This document shows, piece by piece, positions 19,988-27,591 of a DNA stretch of 40,397 bases. Both the position numbers and the translations under genes were made by a program. This DNA comes from a virus. Lineage: Duplodnaviria > Heunggongvirae > Uroviricota > Caudoviricetes. The stretch lies in the IMG/VR virus record IMGVR_UViG_2541047757_000012. One strand, written 5' to 3'. Under the pieces are notes generated by a model. The model did not search any database, was not told where the DNA came from, and saw nothing but the letters and a program-made list of their open reading frames with translations. Position 1 is the stretch's first letter. Every line of letters starts with the position of its first letter.

Positions 19988-20246
19988 TGGTTTGTGCTGC
20001 CCTGTTTTTCTCAAAAGTCCTGATATCGGCCTTATCCCTGTTGCACTGTGCTAACGCTGACAACAACGCAACATTCAGGTTAAGGCTGGCTCCCCACGTA
20101 AACGGGTCGGGTAAATCTGGCTGGGGTGTTTCATCCGTCAGACTGGCTGGTAACGGAACGACCGGCACCGACACGTATACCGTTCGCGTATTCGTGCAAC
20201 CGCTTAACTGCGCCAGAAGGAACGATACGAACAGCACAATCATCAT
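19968..20246 (-). CDS. Rz1-like o-spanin (outer-membrane lipoprotein)
   Basis: Alternate frame overlapping the 3' end of Rz; N-terminus MMIVLFVSFLLAQLSGC with lipobox LSGC, then proline-rich mature region. Confidence 0.55.
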   Translation of the reverse strand: MMIVLFVSFLLAQLSGCTNTRTVYVSVPVVPLPASLTDETPQPDLPDPFTWGASLNLNVALLSALAQCNRDKADIRTFEKNRAAQTNGTIKR

Positions 20247-20523
20247 CCGCAACAGCCACTTTGATATCTTCCTGGGTTCTCTGTGACTCCAGTGCGATCT
20301 GCTGTTTTGCATGCTGGTTAGCCTCTATAACTGTATTGATGATTTGCAGTGATTGCAGGACGTTACTGGTAATGGCTGTTGCAGATTCAGCATTTCGTAC
20401 AGCCTCATCAGCACGCTCCTTTTCGTGTTGATATTTGCTGTAGTAATGCCCGGCAGACCAGATAAAAGAACCGATGACGGTAACAAAGAAGGCAACAATA
20501 ACCAGCTTATATCTCAGCTTCAT
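20131..20523 (-). CDS. Rz-like i-spanin
   Basis: 130-aa ORF with N-terminal TM helix and coiled-coil-like periplasmic domain; directly after the endolysin, overlapping its end. Confidence 0.7.
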   Translation of the reverse strand: MKLRYKLVIVAFFVTVIGSFIWSAGHYYSKYQHEKERADEAVRNAESATAITSNVLQSLQIINTVIEANQHAKQQIALESQRTQEDIKVAVADDDCAVRIVPSGAVKRLHEYANGIRVGAGRSVTSQSDG

Positions 20524-20983
20524 TTACCACCCCACCAGCTTCTTTAAATCGGGAAATCAGGTCACCGATTCTATGTTCATACTGACCGTAACCTGCACCA
20601 GGTAACGACGCCCAGATATTGCTGCAACGGTCGATTGCCTGACGAATATCGCCGCGGTCAATCATCGGTAAAGCGCCACGCTCTTTAATCTGCTGCAGCG
20701 CTACAGCATCCTGGCTTTCTGGAGAAAAATCTTTCAGACCAAGTTGCTTGCGGTAGGCATCCCACCAGCGTGAAAGAAGCTGGTAACGTCCGGCGGCTGT
20801 TGATTTGAGTTTCGGATTTAGCGTGACAAGTTTGCGAGGGTGATCGGAGTAATCAGTGAACAGTTCGCCACCAACAATAACATCATAACCGTGGTTACGT
20901 GTCGGTTGTCGCCCGTTATCCGTTCCTTCTGACCATGCCACCATATCAAGGAAAGCTTTACGCTGGGAATTAAGTGTCTGCAT
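20507..20983 (-). CDS. R: Endolysin, lambda R-type lytic transglycosylase
   Basis: 158-aa protein near-collinear with lambda R as I recall it (...NQRKAFLDMVAWSEGTDNGRQPTRNHGYDVIVGGELFTDYSDHPRKL...). Confidence 0.85.
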   Translation of the reverse strand: MQTLNSQRKAFLDMVAWSEGTDNGRQPTRNHGYDVIVGGELFTDYSDHPRKLVTLNPKLKSTAAGRYQLLSRWWDAYRKQLGLKDFSPESQDAVALQQIKERGALPMIDRGDIRQAIDRCSNIWASLPGAGYGQYEHRIGDLISRFKEAGGVVNEAEI

Positions 20984-20986
20984 TAA

Positions 20987-21328
20987 TTACTCCTTATGGG
21001 CACCGAACTTGTTACCGATGACCCTCATTGCCGCACCACGAATAGCATCAACACCAATCAGCCCCACCCCACCACCAATGGCAACAGAAAGTGATTTAGG
21101 CCATCCGACATACTCAAGCGCGGATGCAAAGGTCAGCGTCAGAGCACCACAAAGCAGAATCTCAAGCGTTTTTCGTTTCCAGCCGCCGCCACCGCCAAAA
21201 TAGGCAATGCGCAAACCAGCCATAATAATTGACATAACCACTGCACCCAGCGGCGTATCTCCACGCCACCAACTTTGTAAGAGTTCCAGTAAGTCAGGCC
21301 AGGAATGAGGGGCATTGTGCATTTTCAT
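20987..21328 (-). CDS. Holin with lambda-like dual start
   Basis: ATG-AAA-ATG (MKM) at 21328-21320 preceded by GAGGTGAGG; hydrophobic helices; immediately upstream of the endolysin. Confidence 0.65.
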   Translation of the reverse strand: MKMHNAPHSWPDLLELLQSWWRGDTPLGAVVMSIIMAGLRIAYFGGGGGWKRKTLEILLCGALTLTFASALEYVGWPKSLSVAIGGGVGLIGVDAIRGAAMRVIGNKFGAHKE

Positions 21329-21424
21329 AAGCCTCACCTCCGAGAGTTCGGATGGTGCTAAGTGTAAGATTCAGGCTCTCAGGCTTGCTAACAAGAAGTC
21401 GAGGATGTTTCCGGAGCCTAACAA

Positions 21425-21451
21425 CGAAAAAGCCCCGGGACATGCCGGGGC
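21425..21451 (-). terminator. Intrinsic terminator-like hairpin upstream of the holin
   Basis: Minus-strand stem GCCCCGG/CCGGGGC (21432-21451) followed by T5; lies between the moron gene and the holin start. Confidence 0.5.
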
Positions 21452-21545
21452 CAGATGGAGTGCCAGATTAAGCTTCTGGCGGTATATACTCGTGTTTGAT
21501 ATCGTTAAATCGCCAAAAGTAACAATTCAAACAAAGAGGAGTTTT

Positions 21546-21707
21546 ATGTCTGAAAAAAACAAGCCACAAGGTGAAAATAAACCTCAGCAACCCGTGGCAC
21601 CAAAACCAACTCCAACACAAAGTACTGCAGACTTTGCTACACGTCGTGTTTTTGTTGGAGATTCTGCCGACTCAGTCATTGAACATATAAAAAAACAGCC
21701 GAGATAA
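21546..21707 (+). CDS. Hypothetical small protein, 53 aa
   Basis: ATG at 21546 preceded by AAAGAGGAG at 5-nt spacing; Pro/Gln-rich N-terminus; 3' end overlaps the convergent minus-strand gene by 32 nt. Confidence 0.4.
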   Translation: MSEKNKPQGENKPQQPVAPKPTPTQSTADFATRRVFVGDSADSVIEHIKKQPR

Positions 21708-22245
21708 ACATCGCCGCTACCGGAGCAAGGATGGTATACATCCTTGCTTTATCGAGACTCGTGCGGATTTTCTCATTTTCCAACAGTAACTCTCTTGCTG
21801 TATCACTCAAGTCAACAAGGCGATACCTTCGTATAAGCGGCAATAACTTATCAGGTCCTAAATATCCTGCATCAGCGAATATTTTAAAGCTCGAGGGCTC
21901 CATATCCTTATATTTTTCATGATATAGATGATCAGGAGGGGCATTGATCAGGCCCCTAACCTTCACAGATAAACCAGTACATACCAAGTAAATGGCGCAC
22001 CATGTCCATAGTAATGTAAATGTGGTAATTCCGGCGGTGAGAAAATCGAAATTAGTTTTCTGTGTCAGCAATAAAAAAGATGAGCCAATTCCAACAATCT
22101 GAATGTTCAGAAGTTTGTATCCATTCTCAACATTGGTTTTGTTAGAAAGATGAATCTCTCGTATCGTCTCTTCCCCTTGTTTTTCAAGATAATCGACGAG
22201 CTCATCATCTACTCCTAAAAAATAAACTTTAGGTAGTTCTCTCAT
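21676..22245 (-). CDS. Hypothetical membrane protein (moron between late terminator and lysis genes)
   Basis: ATG at 22245 with GGAGGTGAG upstream; 189 aa with soluble N-terminus, central hydrophobic helices and a C-terminal TM; region is AT-rich. Confidence 0.6.
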   Translation of the reverse strand: MRELPKVYFLGVDDELVDYLEKQGEETIREIHLSNKTNVENGYKLLNIQIVGIGSSFLLLTQKTNFDFLTAGITTFTLLWTWCAIYLVCTGLSVKVRGLINAPPDHLYHEKYKDMEPSSFKIFADAGYLGPDKLLPLIRRYRLVDLSDTARELLLENEKIRTSLDKARMYTILAPVAAMFISAVFLYVQ

Positions 22246-22349
22246 CTCACCTCCACATCCTGTACTGAACACAATTTTACCAGAATGTCTCGATTCTAGG
22301 TATTCCGCCAGGAATCGCGCTCCAGAAATGAAACATCAGGTTCGCCAGT

Positions 22350-22383
22350 ACCAAAAACAACAAAACCCGCACAATGGCGGGTT
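22350..22383 (-). terminator. Candidate tR'-like terminator downstream of Q
   Basis: Minus-strand stem AACCCGC/GCGGGTT (22364-22383) followed by a T-rich tract, about 85 nt downstream of the Q stop. Confidence 0.45.
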
Positions 22384-22441
22384 CTGGTAAAGTTCATGCG
22401 CTTGGTTCGCCTCGCGATACAGCTTTGCGAAGCATACCGGA

Positions 22442-22470
22442 ATTGAAGCAGTTTATGCGTAAAAAATCAA
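22442..22470 (-). promoter_or_regulatory. Candidate late promoter (pR'-like)
   Basis: Minus-strand TTGATT (-35, 22470-22465), 17-nt spacer, TTCAAT (-10, 22447-22442); overlaps the Q stop; followed by the hairpin at 22350-22383. The -10 is weak. Confidence 0.3.
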
Positions 22471-23009
22471 GCTATTTTTTGAGCAAATGATTCTCGCATG
22501 GGAATATATAGGGCATACTCAGCAACAGCCAACCAATTAGCAATTCGCTTTTCGCATGTGCTAAAACACCACTCAGGATGTGCATCATTTAGCAATTCAG
22601 CCATTTTGCGCTTAGTCATCCCCCGTCCTTCATACCGTTGCCGGAGGACACTAATCAATCCAGGATGCTCTGCCAGCACCTCACTTATGACTCTATCAAT
22701 ACATAACGCCTCTGCATCAGTACAATGCGCCAGCCAGGTCTTTTGCTTGCCATTGATCATCTCTCGCAAAAACGCTTCCAGCTCAGGTTTCTCTATTCCC
22801 GCTTTTTTCATCCTGCGCAGGGCTTCATTGACGGCTGCTTTCGTCAATTTTTTGGATGCCAGCAACTGGTTGAACATATTCCCCGTCTTACCGCCGCCAA
22901 TATACGACCAGCGCCCCCACATACGCAGTTTCCCCTGAATCCAGACACTTTCCAGCGTTGCGAGACGAAGGTGCTCTCCGTTTTTTCCTGTATTCGTTGG
23001 ATAAATCAT
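22467..23009 (-). CDS. Antitermination protein Q-like
   Basis: ATG at 23009 (MIYPTNTG...) overlapping the upstream stop; motif LESVWIQGKLRMWGRWS; positioned immediately upstream of a promoter/terminator unit and the lysis cassette. Confidence 0.55.
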   Translation of the reverse strand: MIYPTNTGKNGEHLRLATLESVWIQGKLRMWGRWSYIGGGKTGNMFNQLLASKKLTKAAVNEALRRMKKAGIEKPELEAFLREMINGKQKTWLAHCTDAEALCIDRVISEVLAEHPGLISVLRQRYEGRGMTKRKMAELLNDAHPEWCFSTCEKRIANWLAVAEYALYIPMRESFAQKIA

Positions 23010-23296
23010 AAATAGCCTTCCTCTCTCCAGATTTCTTGTGTGCGAAAAACACCTTCTGCATGCATCAGGCGTAATTCTTCTTTGGTGTAATCGCTGGTTT
23101 TTACCCGCCCGTCGATTAAATCGTGGCATGAGCTACAGGCAATCGCTGCCTGCATATCGTGTGGCTTTATCGCCGTTCCGCACGTTCCCGTCAGCCGGTA
23201 ATGCGCCAGTACAGACGTTTCGGGATTGTGATTGCAGTAGCCAGGAATTCTGACGGTGCACATCTGCCCCCGCGCCGCTTTACGTAAATCCACCAT
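23006..23296 (-). CDS. YbcO-like cysteine-rich small protein (DUF1364-like)
   Basis: 96 aa; MVDLRKAARGQMCTVRIPGYCNHNPETSVLAHYRLTG...ACSSCHD; resembles the lambdoid nin-region ybcO family as I recall it. Confidence 0.55.
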   Translation of the reverse strand: MVDLRKAARGQMCTVRIPGYCNHNPETSVLAHYRLTGTCGTAIKPHDMQAAIACSSCHDLIDGRVKTSDYTKEELRLMHAEGVFRTQEIWREEGYL

Positions 23297-23895
23297 TACG
23301 CAAACTCCAGTAACTGTGCGGCCACATTTTCGACTTCCTCCGGAGAGGAAAATTTACGGAACAGGATCCAGTTCCACAGCACATTCAGTACAGATTTATA
23401 AACCTGCTGAAACTCGGTTTCGTCCATGTTCGCAAATGCGATAGATTTTGCCCTGCGCCCACGACTACCATCAGGATAAATATGCTCGGTGTAAAATCCT
23501 GCCTGAATGGTTACCCACTCGCGGAAAGCGTCAAACGACTTTAGCAATGCCGTATCCCGGGTTCTGCATGTCGCAACGGTATTAAGGTATTGCTCTGCGG
23601 CATCACTCAGGGTTGGAGTGTGTTCCCGACCTACTGATTCGCACAGGTAATCAACGAAGCCCGATACCAGTTTTCGTTCGCGAGGCGTGATCGCCCCACC
23701 GACCGGAGTCCAGTAATCGAATCCCAGTTGCAGGAGTTTGAAAAAACGCTTGTGGAATGCGTAGTTACGCACACGCTTAAAGTCTGCGTGTATCCACTCA
23801 CCTATTTTGATTTGATGCAAAAAATCGCAACTCTCCGGCGTCGCCGGGAGAAGTAATCCGGAAGAGGTTTGTTTGACCAGTTGTATATGCGCCAT
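23296..23895 (-). CDS. YbcN-like protein (DUF1367-like)
   Basis: 199 aa, coupled to the ybcO-like gene; position upstream of ybcO/Q as in lambdoid nin regions. Confidence 0.5.
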   Translation of the reverse strand: MAHIQLVKQTSSGLLLPATPESCDFLHQIKIGEWIHADFKRVRNYAFHKRFFKLLQLGFDYWTPVGGAITPRERKLVSGFVDYLCESVGREHTPTLSDAAEQYLNTVATCRTRDTALLKSFDAFREWVTIQAGFYTEHIYPDGSRGRRAKSIAFANMDETEFQQVYKSVLNVLWNWILFRKFSSPEEVENVAAQLLEFA

Positions 23896-23966
23896 CGTAG
23901 TTCTCCGCTGGCGCAGTAGAATGGGTGTTCAGCCCGTTATGTAGTATAACAGAATTAATGCCAATA

Positions 23967-24218
23967 CTAACAGGATGCTCTGACTCGCAATTCATCCAGC
24001 AGTTTATCATTTCCCATAATGTCACTTACCCTCATCGGTAAAAAAATTGCCTTTCGACCATTACGATACATCATTGATTTTGGGATTTCAGGGAAGTAAT
24101 CCATTTCGACTATAACTGACAGGTCATCACGACGTATGACTGCGTATTTGCTACTAAATAGTTTCTTTATTTTTTCCACGATGCCTCCAGGTTTATAAGT
24201 ACAAAAGGTTATATCCAC
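23967..24218 (-). CDS. Hypothetical small protein (GTG start, AT-rich island)
   Basis: 83-aa ORF starting with GTG at 24218 and no clear SD; region 24180-24330 is very AT-rich. Confidence 0.3.
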   Translation of the reverse strand: MDITFCTYKPGGIVEKIKKLFSSKYAVIRRDDLSVIVEMDYFPEIPKSMMYRNGRKAIFLPMRVSDIMGNDKLLDELRVRASC

Positions 24219-24360
24219 ATAGAGACAAAAATATTAATCTGAAAAATATTTATTTCACGCCGTATATTTGATTATTTAATGTGCAGGTACAATGACTTTT
24301 ATTTTGTGTTGTGTATATAATCAAATATATGGTTATTTTTCACCCTGCGTATTCAGCGCG

Positions 24361-24386
24361 CAACAAAAAACCCGCCGAAACGGGTT
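24361..24386 (-). terminator. hok mRNA terminator-like hairpin
   Basis: Minus-strand stem AACCCG/CGGGTT followed by T-rich tract, about 70 nt downstream of the hok stop; second hairpin at 24426-24447 in the 3' UTR. Confidence 0.4.
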
Positions 24387-24454
24387 AAGCGCGGGTGCGT
24401 TGAGGATGCCTGACTCATCAGAGGTGGCGAGGGATTTCTCCCTCGCCTGGTCTC

Positions 24455-24610
24455 TTACTCCTCAGGTTCGTAAGCTGTGAAGACAGCGACCTCCGTCTGG
24501 CCGGTTCGGATTCGTACCTCGCAGAGGTCTTTCCTCGTTACCAGTGCCGTCACTATGACGGTTAAACAGATGACGATCAGGGCGACTAACATCGCCTTTT
24601 GCTGCTTCAT
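24455..24610 (-). CDS. hok: Hok/Gef-family type I toxin
   Basis: 51 aa MKQQKAMLVALIVICLTVIVTALVTRKDLCEVRIRTGQTEVAVFTAYEPEE, near-identical to HokD/RelF as I recall it; SD AAGGAGAAG before the ATG at 24610. Confidence 0.8.
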   Translation of the reverse strand: MKQQKAMLVALIVICLTVIVTALVTRKDLCEVRIRTGQTEVAVFTAYEPEE

Positions 24611-24760
24611 AGCCTGCTTCTCCTTGCCTTTCGGCACGTAAGAGGCTAACCTAGATTTGCCGTTCATAGATTGAGCCTCAGATTAATGTTAAGCGTCTTG
24701 CCGGACGCGTAATGTTAACTGGGGCTTTTCTCTGTCTGCCTTACAGTGGCATGCCTGAGG
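24611..24760. promoter_or_regulatory. hok leader region, expected site of Sok-like antisense RNA and mok overlap
   Basis: Inverted repeat TCTGTCTGCC...GGCAGACAG at 24730-24770; in hok/sok loci the antisense RNA is encoded opposite the leader. Exact boundaries not determinable by eye. Confidence 0.35.
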
Positions 24761-24948
24761 CAGACAGCCTCAAGCACCCGCAGCAATCTTACCGACACCG
24801 ATAAGAAAACGCTATTTTTTATTGCCAGCACCTTCTATCCAGGCTAATTTATCTGCGTCAGAACGGCGCAATGCGCTCGCCTGAGATACGTTTACTTGCC
24901 ATGGTAACAACAGGTAACGGCAATTGTTGTTTCTGTTTTGTTTCCTTC

Positions 24949-24979
24949 AAAAACCCCGGACCATCAATCCGGGGTTTTT
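24949..24979. terminator. Bidirectional intrinsic terminator
   Basis: A5, stem CCCCGGA (24954-24960) / TCCGGGG (24968-24974), T5. Confidence 0.55.
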
Positions 24980-24984
24980 GTTTG

Positions 24985-25068
24985 TTAACCCCAACGGCAA
25001 ATCGAATACACCACCAGCGCCACCGCCATCACCATTCCTACCGTTGCGAATGCTTCAGGCCAAGTCAT
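24985..25068 (-). CDS. Hypothetical 27-aa hydrophobic peptide (absent from ORF track)
   Basis: ATGA start/stop overlap with upstream gene at 25065-25068; GGAGG 9 nt upstream; translation MTWPEAFATVGMVMAVALVVYSICRWG; terminator immediately downstream. Confidence 0.4.
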   Translation of the reverse strand: MTWPEAFATVGMVMAVALVVYSICRWG

Positions 25069-25889
25069 CGTAAAATATCCTCCACACCTACCAACCCGTT
25101 CTGCTTCAGATATTCCATCGCCTTATCAGGCAAGCTGCTTAAACTATTGGCGTACTTTAAGGAGTGAGCCAGACGCTTAACCCACATTGTTAATTCGCTA
25201 ACCTGGTTACCTGGCACTGGCGACGCTACTGTCTGTTCCAGAACGTCATCAGGTACTACCGGCTCTACTGCCAACTGACTGGCATATTTGTTAATGGTAA
25301 CGATAAGCTCTTGCTCGGCCTCATCCAGACAATCACCAACACCTCGCCTGTCACCGTCAAAATCATCGAAATCGGCACGAATCCTGGCAACCTCCCGGAT
25401 TGCGGACAACACTTCACCAGGAATTAGCGGAGAGTTGGTTGACGTTTCCGAAATTTCCCGAAAATTATTGGTTGACGAATCCTTGTTTTCCCGAAAGTTT
25501 CCTGACTGAAGCATGGCTTCGCGGCAATCGTTCCATCCTTCAGCATAATCACTATACGCAAGAGGCCAACCTCTTATGTATTCACGCGGCAACTTATCAG
25601 GCACTACCAGCGCTGGCGATGATGCATAAAGTGGTGTTATTTTTGCCCGAAAATCACCTACTTTATGCAGTCGCACCCACCGTTCGACTTCTGCTTTGTC
25701 AGAATACATAGCGGTGAACGTATTATATTCATGGTCAATTTGCGTGAAGGTTGCCTTCCACGCCACCGGCTCTGCTGCCAGTGAGGCCAGTGCAATCTGC
25801 GCCAGTTCCATTTGTTCGCCACGGGCAAGCCCGTTTTCAAGCGGATTTTTAATGAACAATTCAATACGTTCTTTGGTAATAGTGGTCAT
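25065..25889 (-). CDS. Hypothetical phage protein
   Basis: 274-aa ORF; contains an imperfect 33-bp tandem duplication at 25437-25502. Confidence 0.55.
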   Translation of the reverse strand: MTTITKERIELFIKNPLENGLARGEQMELAQIALASLAAEPVAWKATFTQIDHEYNTFTAMYSDKAEVERWVRLHKVGDFRAKITPLYASSPALVVPDKLPREYIRGWPLAYSDYAEGWNDCREAMLQSGNFRENKDSSTNNFREISETSTNSPLIPGEVLSAIREVARIRADFDDFDGDRRGVGDCLDEAEQELIVTINKYASQLAVEPVVPDDVLEQTVASPVPGNQVSELTMWVKRLAHSLKYANSLSSLPDKAMEYLKQNGLVGVEDILR

Positions 25890-25899
25890 GTGTTAATCC

Positions 25900-26163
25900 T
25901 TATCCTGCTGTGCTTTCAACTGATGAGGGGAATAAAATCTTTTCATCAAATCCGGCATTCATATCATGGACAGCAACACACCAATCCATTGACGAACGAT
26001 TATCAAGAGCCTCCATGATTTCATCCATGCGGCGTAGGTCATACAGGTAAATGCTTTTATCGCCAATGGTGTAAAAACCAATTTTTTTCGGTGACGGGCA
26101 GCGATCAAGAACGTTCTGTAATTCGCTCAACCATGCCTGTTCCTTTTTTGTCAAAGTTGCCAT
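25900..26163 (-). CDS. Hypothetical phage protein
   Basis: 87-aa ORF; start preceded by the conserved junction motif carrying an AAGGAGAG SD. Confidence 0.55.
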   Translation of the reverse strand: MATLTKKEQAWLSELQNVLDRCPSPKKIGFYTIGDKSIYLYDLRRMDEIMEALDNRSSMDWCVAVHDMNAGFDEKILFPSSVESTAG

Positions 26164-26164
26164 A

Positions 26165-26656
26165 TCACTCTCCTTTGATGCGAATGCCAGTGGTACTCAT
26201 TCTCCTGATTTCCCAGAGCACACGAGGAACACCACCGTTTCCGACCGGATCGCGTTTACTCCGCAAGGCGACGCTTGATTCCGCCCAGCTTTTTCTTGGA
26301 GGAAGCTCTTTCACACGAACAAAACCAGCTGCGCGAAGAGATGCTCCTGATTCATCTGCCTGGGTGTACGTAATACAACGTTGATAACCCATAGCTTTTG
26401 CTGCTCGCCAGACAGCACCATAAAGCGCGCTGTTAGCGTTGCGTTCTCCTGTGGTACATGTGCGATTTACTTCAAGCGTTAATCCATCGTCCAAATGTCG
26501 TGCAACAGGTCGACCAGCTGTCGCCACACCTATCAATTCTCCGGCATCATTTATCAGACCAATGCTGAATTTATGCCCAACAGGTGGTTTATTGTGTCGG
26601 TGATGTCTGGATATAAACGCCTTCGCAACACGAAGAGTAACCGGTGAAATTTGCAT
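26165..26656 (-). CDS. Hypothetical phage protein
   Basis: ATG at 26656 (MQISPVTLRV...) preceded by the junction motif; C-terminus ...GIRIKGE encoded by the next motif copy. Confidence 0.55.
   Translation of the reverse strand: MQISPVTLRVAKAFISRHHRHNKPPVGHKFSIGLINDAGELIGVATAGRPVARHLDDGLTLEVNRTCTTGERNANSALYGAVWRAAKAMGYQRCITYTQADESGASLRAAGFVRVKELPPRKSWAESSVALRSKRDPVGNGGVPRVLWEIRRMSTTGIRIKGE
26168..26186. repeat. Conserved gene-junction motif CTCTCCTTTGATGCGAATG, copy 1
   Basis: Identical 19-mer also at 26662-26680 and 27592-27610; on the minus strand it encodes IRIKGE-stop of the upstream gene and supplies AAGGAGAG as SD for the downstream gene. Confidence 0.8.
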
Positions 26657-26658
26657 TC

Positions 26659-27135
26659 TCACTCTCCTTTGATGCGAATGTTTACAGCCTGACAAGCCTC
26701 TTCGAGAACCCAGTCAACAGCGTCTTTCCATGCTCCGGTTTCGACTGGCGGATTTTCACGCTTAACCTGTTCATAGAAGCGCACCGCTTTAACCAGTCCT
26801 TCCGGCGCTGGCTGCCCTGTCTGCGCCCTGACCCACGCCACTCGTGCCGGATTCATATGGCACATGTTGTGCCCTCTTTCTTCATGGTAATGCTCTTTAC
26901 CCTCGTTAAACGGCAACGCCTCATTCAGCCCGGCACTTCTGAAATCAGCGTGTAATTGCTCCAGCGCTGCCTCACAGGGGGTACCAATTAATGTGAGATA
27001 ATCGAAAAGATTGGCGCATAAACCATAATTTTGAGAAAACACTCCGCCGGGTTTTGCCCCGTTCTTCAGCCACAAATCATAAGCAATATAAAACCCGTAA
27101 AGCTGTTGCCTGATATTTTCTTTGATTTCTTGCAT
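26659..27135 (-). CDS. Hypothetical phage protein
   Basis: 158-aa ORF; C-terminus ...NIRIKGE encoded by the junction motif. Confidence 0.55.
   Translation of the reverse strand: MQEIKENIRQQLYGFYIAYDLWLKNGAKPGGVFSQNYGLCANLFDYLTLIGTPCEAALEQLHADFRSAGLNEALPFNEGKEHYHEERGHNMCHMNPARVAWVRAQTGQPAPEGLVKAVRFYEQVKRENPPVETGAWKDAVDWVLEEACQAVNIRIKGE
26662..26680. repeat. Conserved gene-junction motif, copy 2
   Basis: Same 19-mer; precedes the ATG at 26656. Confidence 0.8.
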
Positions 27136-27230
27136 TATTTGTTACCGCCCTTTCGGGCGGCCTCCTGATGTTCTGAGGGTGCAGAAATCCCTCCGGTTAA
27201 GGATCGAATTTTTAACAGTGCTAAATTTAA

Positions 27231-27587
27231 TTATTCAGTTCTGGATTTTGTCACCCTGCGTATCCGCGCTTTCGCGTTACGCTCAATCTGAATTAACTTT
27301 TCTATATTTTTCCGTCTTTCCTGTTCCTCCTGGCGCAATAGCCTTACATCATCTGCCAGTCTGGTTTCTCTTTTCGCCACAGAGAGCATCCAGTCAAATG
27401 GCTCCACAACTGCACCGCAGATTTTACAGCGGACCTGACGCTCTTTTTCGTCAACCCGGACAGAAGCGTGATGGCAATATGGTCTTTCCGATGGCTCATA
27501 AAGAAAATTAACCTGATTACGAGGGTCATCCTCTTTTACCGGAAATAAAACGATATTGCTTAACTCATCTTCTGGTTTTATTTCCAT
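27231..27587 (-). CDS. Hypothetical zinc-ribbon protein
   Basis: ATG at 27587 (MEIKPEDE...) preceded by the junction motif; CHH...CKICG cysteine/histidine cluster. Confidence 0.5.
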   Translation of the reverse strand: MEIKPEDELSNIVLFPVKEDDPRNQVNFLYEPSERPYCHHASVRVDEKERQVRCKICGAVVEPFDWMLSVAKRETRLADDVRLLRQEEQERRKNIEKLIQIERNAKARIRRVTKSRTE

Positions 27588-27591
27588 GCTC

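Noticed and set aside
22246-22272. Upstream GTG start (22272) for the membrane-protein moron
   Set aside because: No SD precedes it, whereas the ATG at 22245 follows GGAGGTGAG; the shorter form is preferred.
24292-24480. Plus-strand 62-aa ORF overlapping the hok 3' region
   Set aside because: Runs through the hok terminator hairpins and an AT-rich promoter-like island; likely non-coding.
24611-24667. In-frame N-terminal extension of the hok ORF as a possible mok
   Set aside because: A strong SD sits directly before the internal ATG at 24610 giving the canonical 51-aa Hok; in described hok loci mok is in a different frame, so the extension is probably coincidental.
24871-25167. Plus-strand 98-aa ORF
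   Set aside because: Spans the bidirectional terminator at 24949-24979 and lies antisense to the coupled minus-strand genes; no SD.
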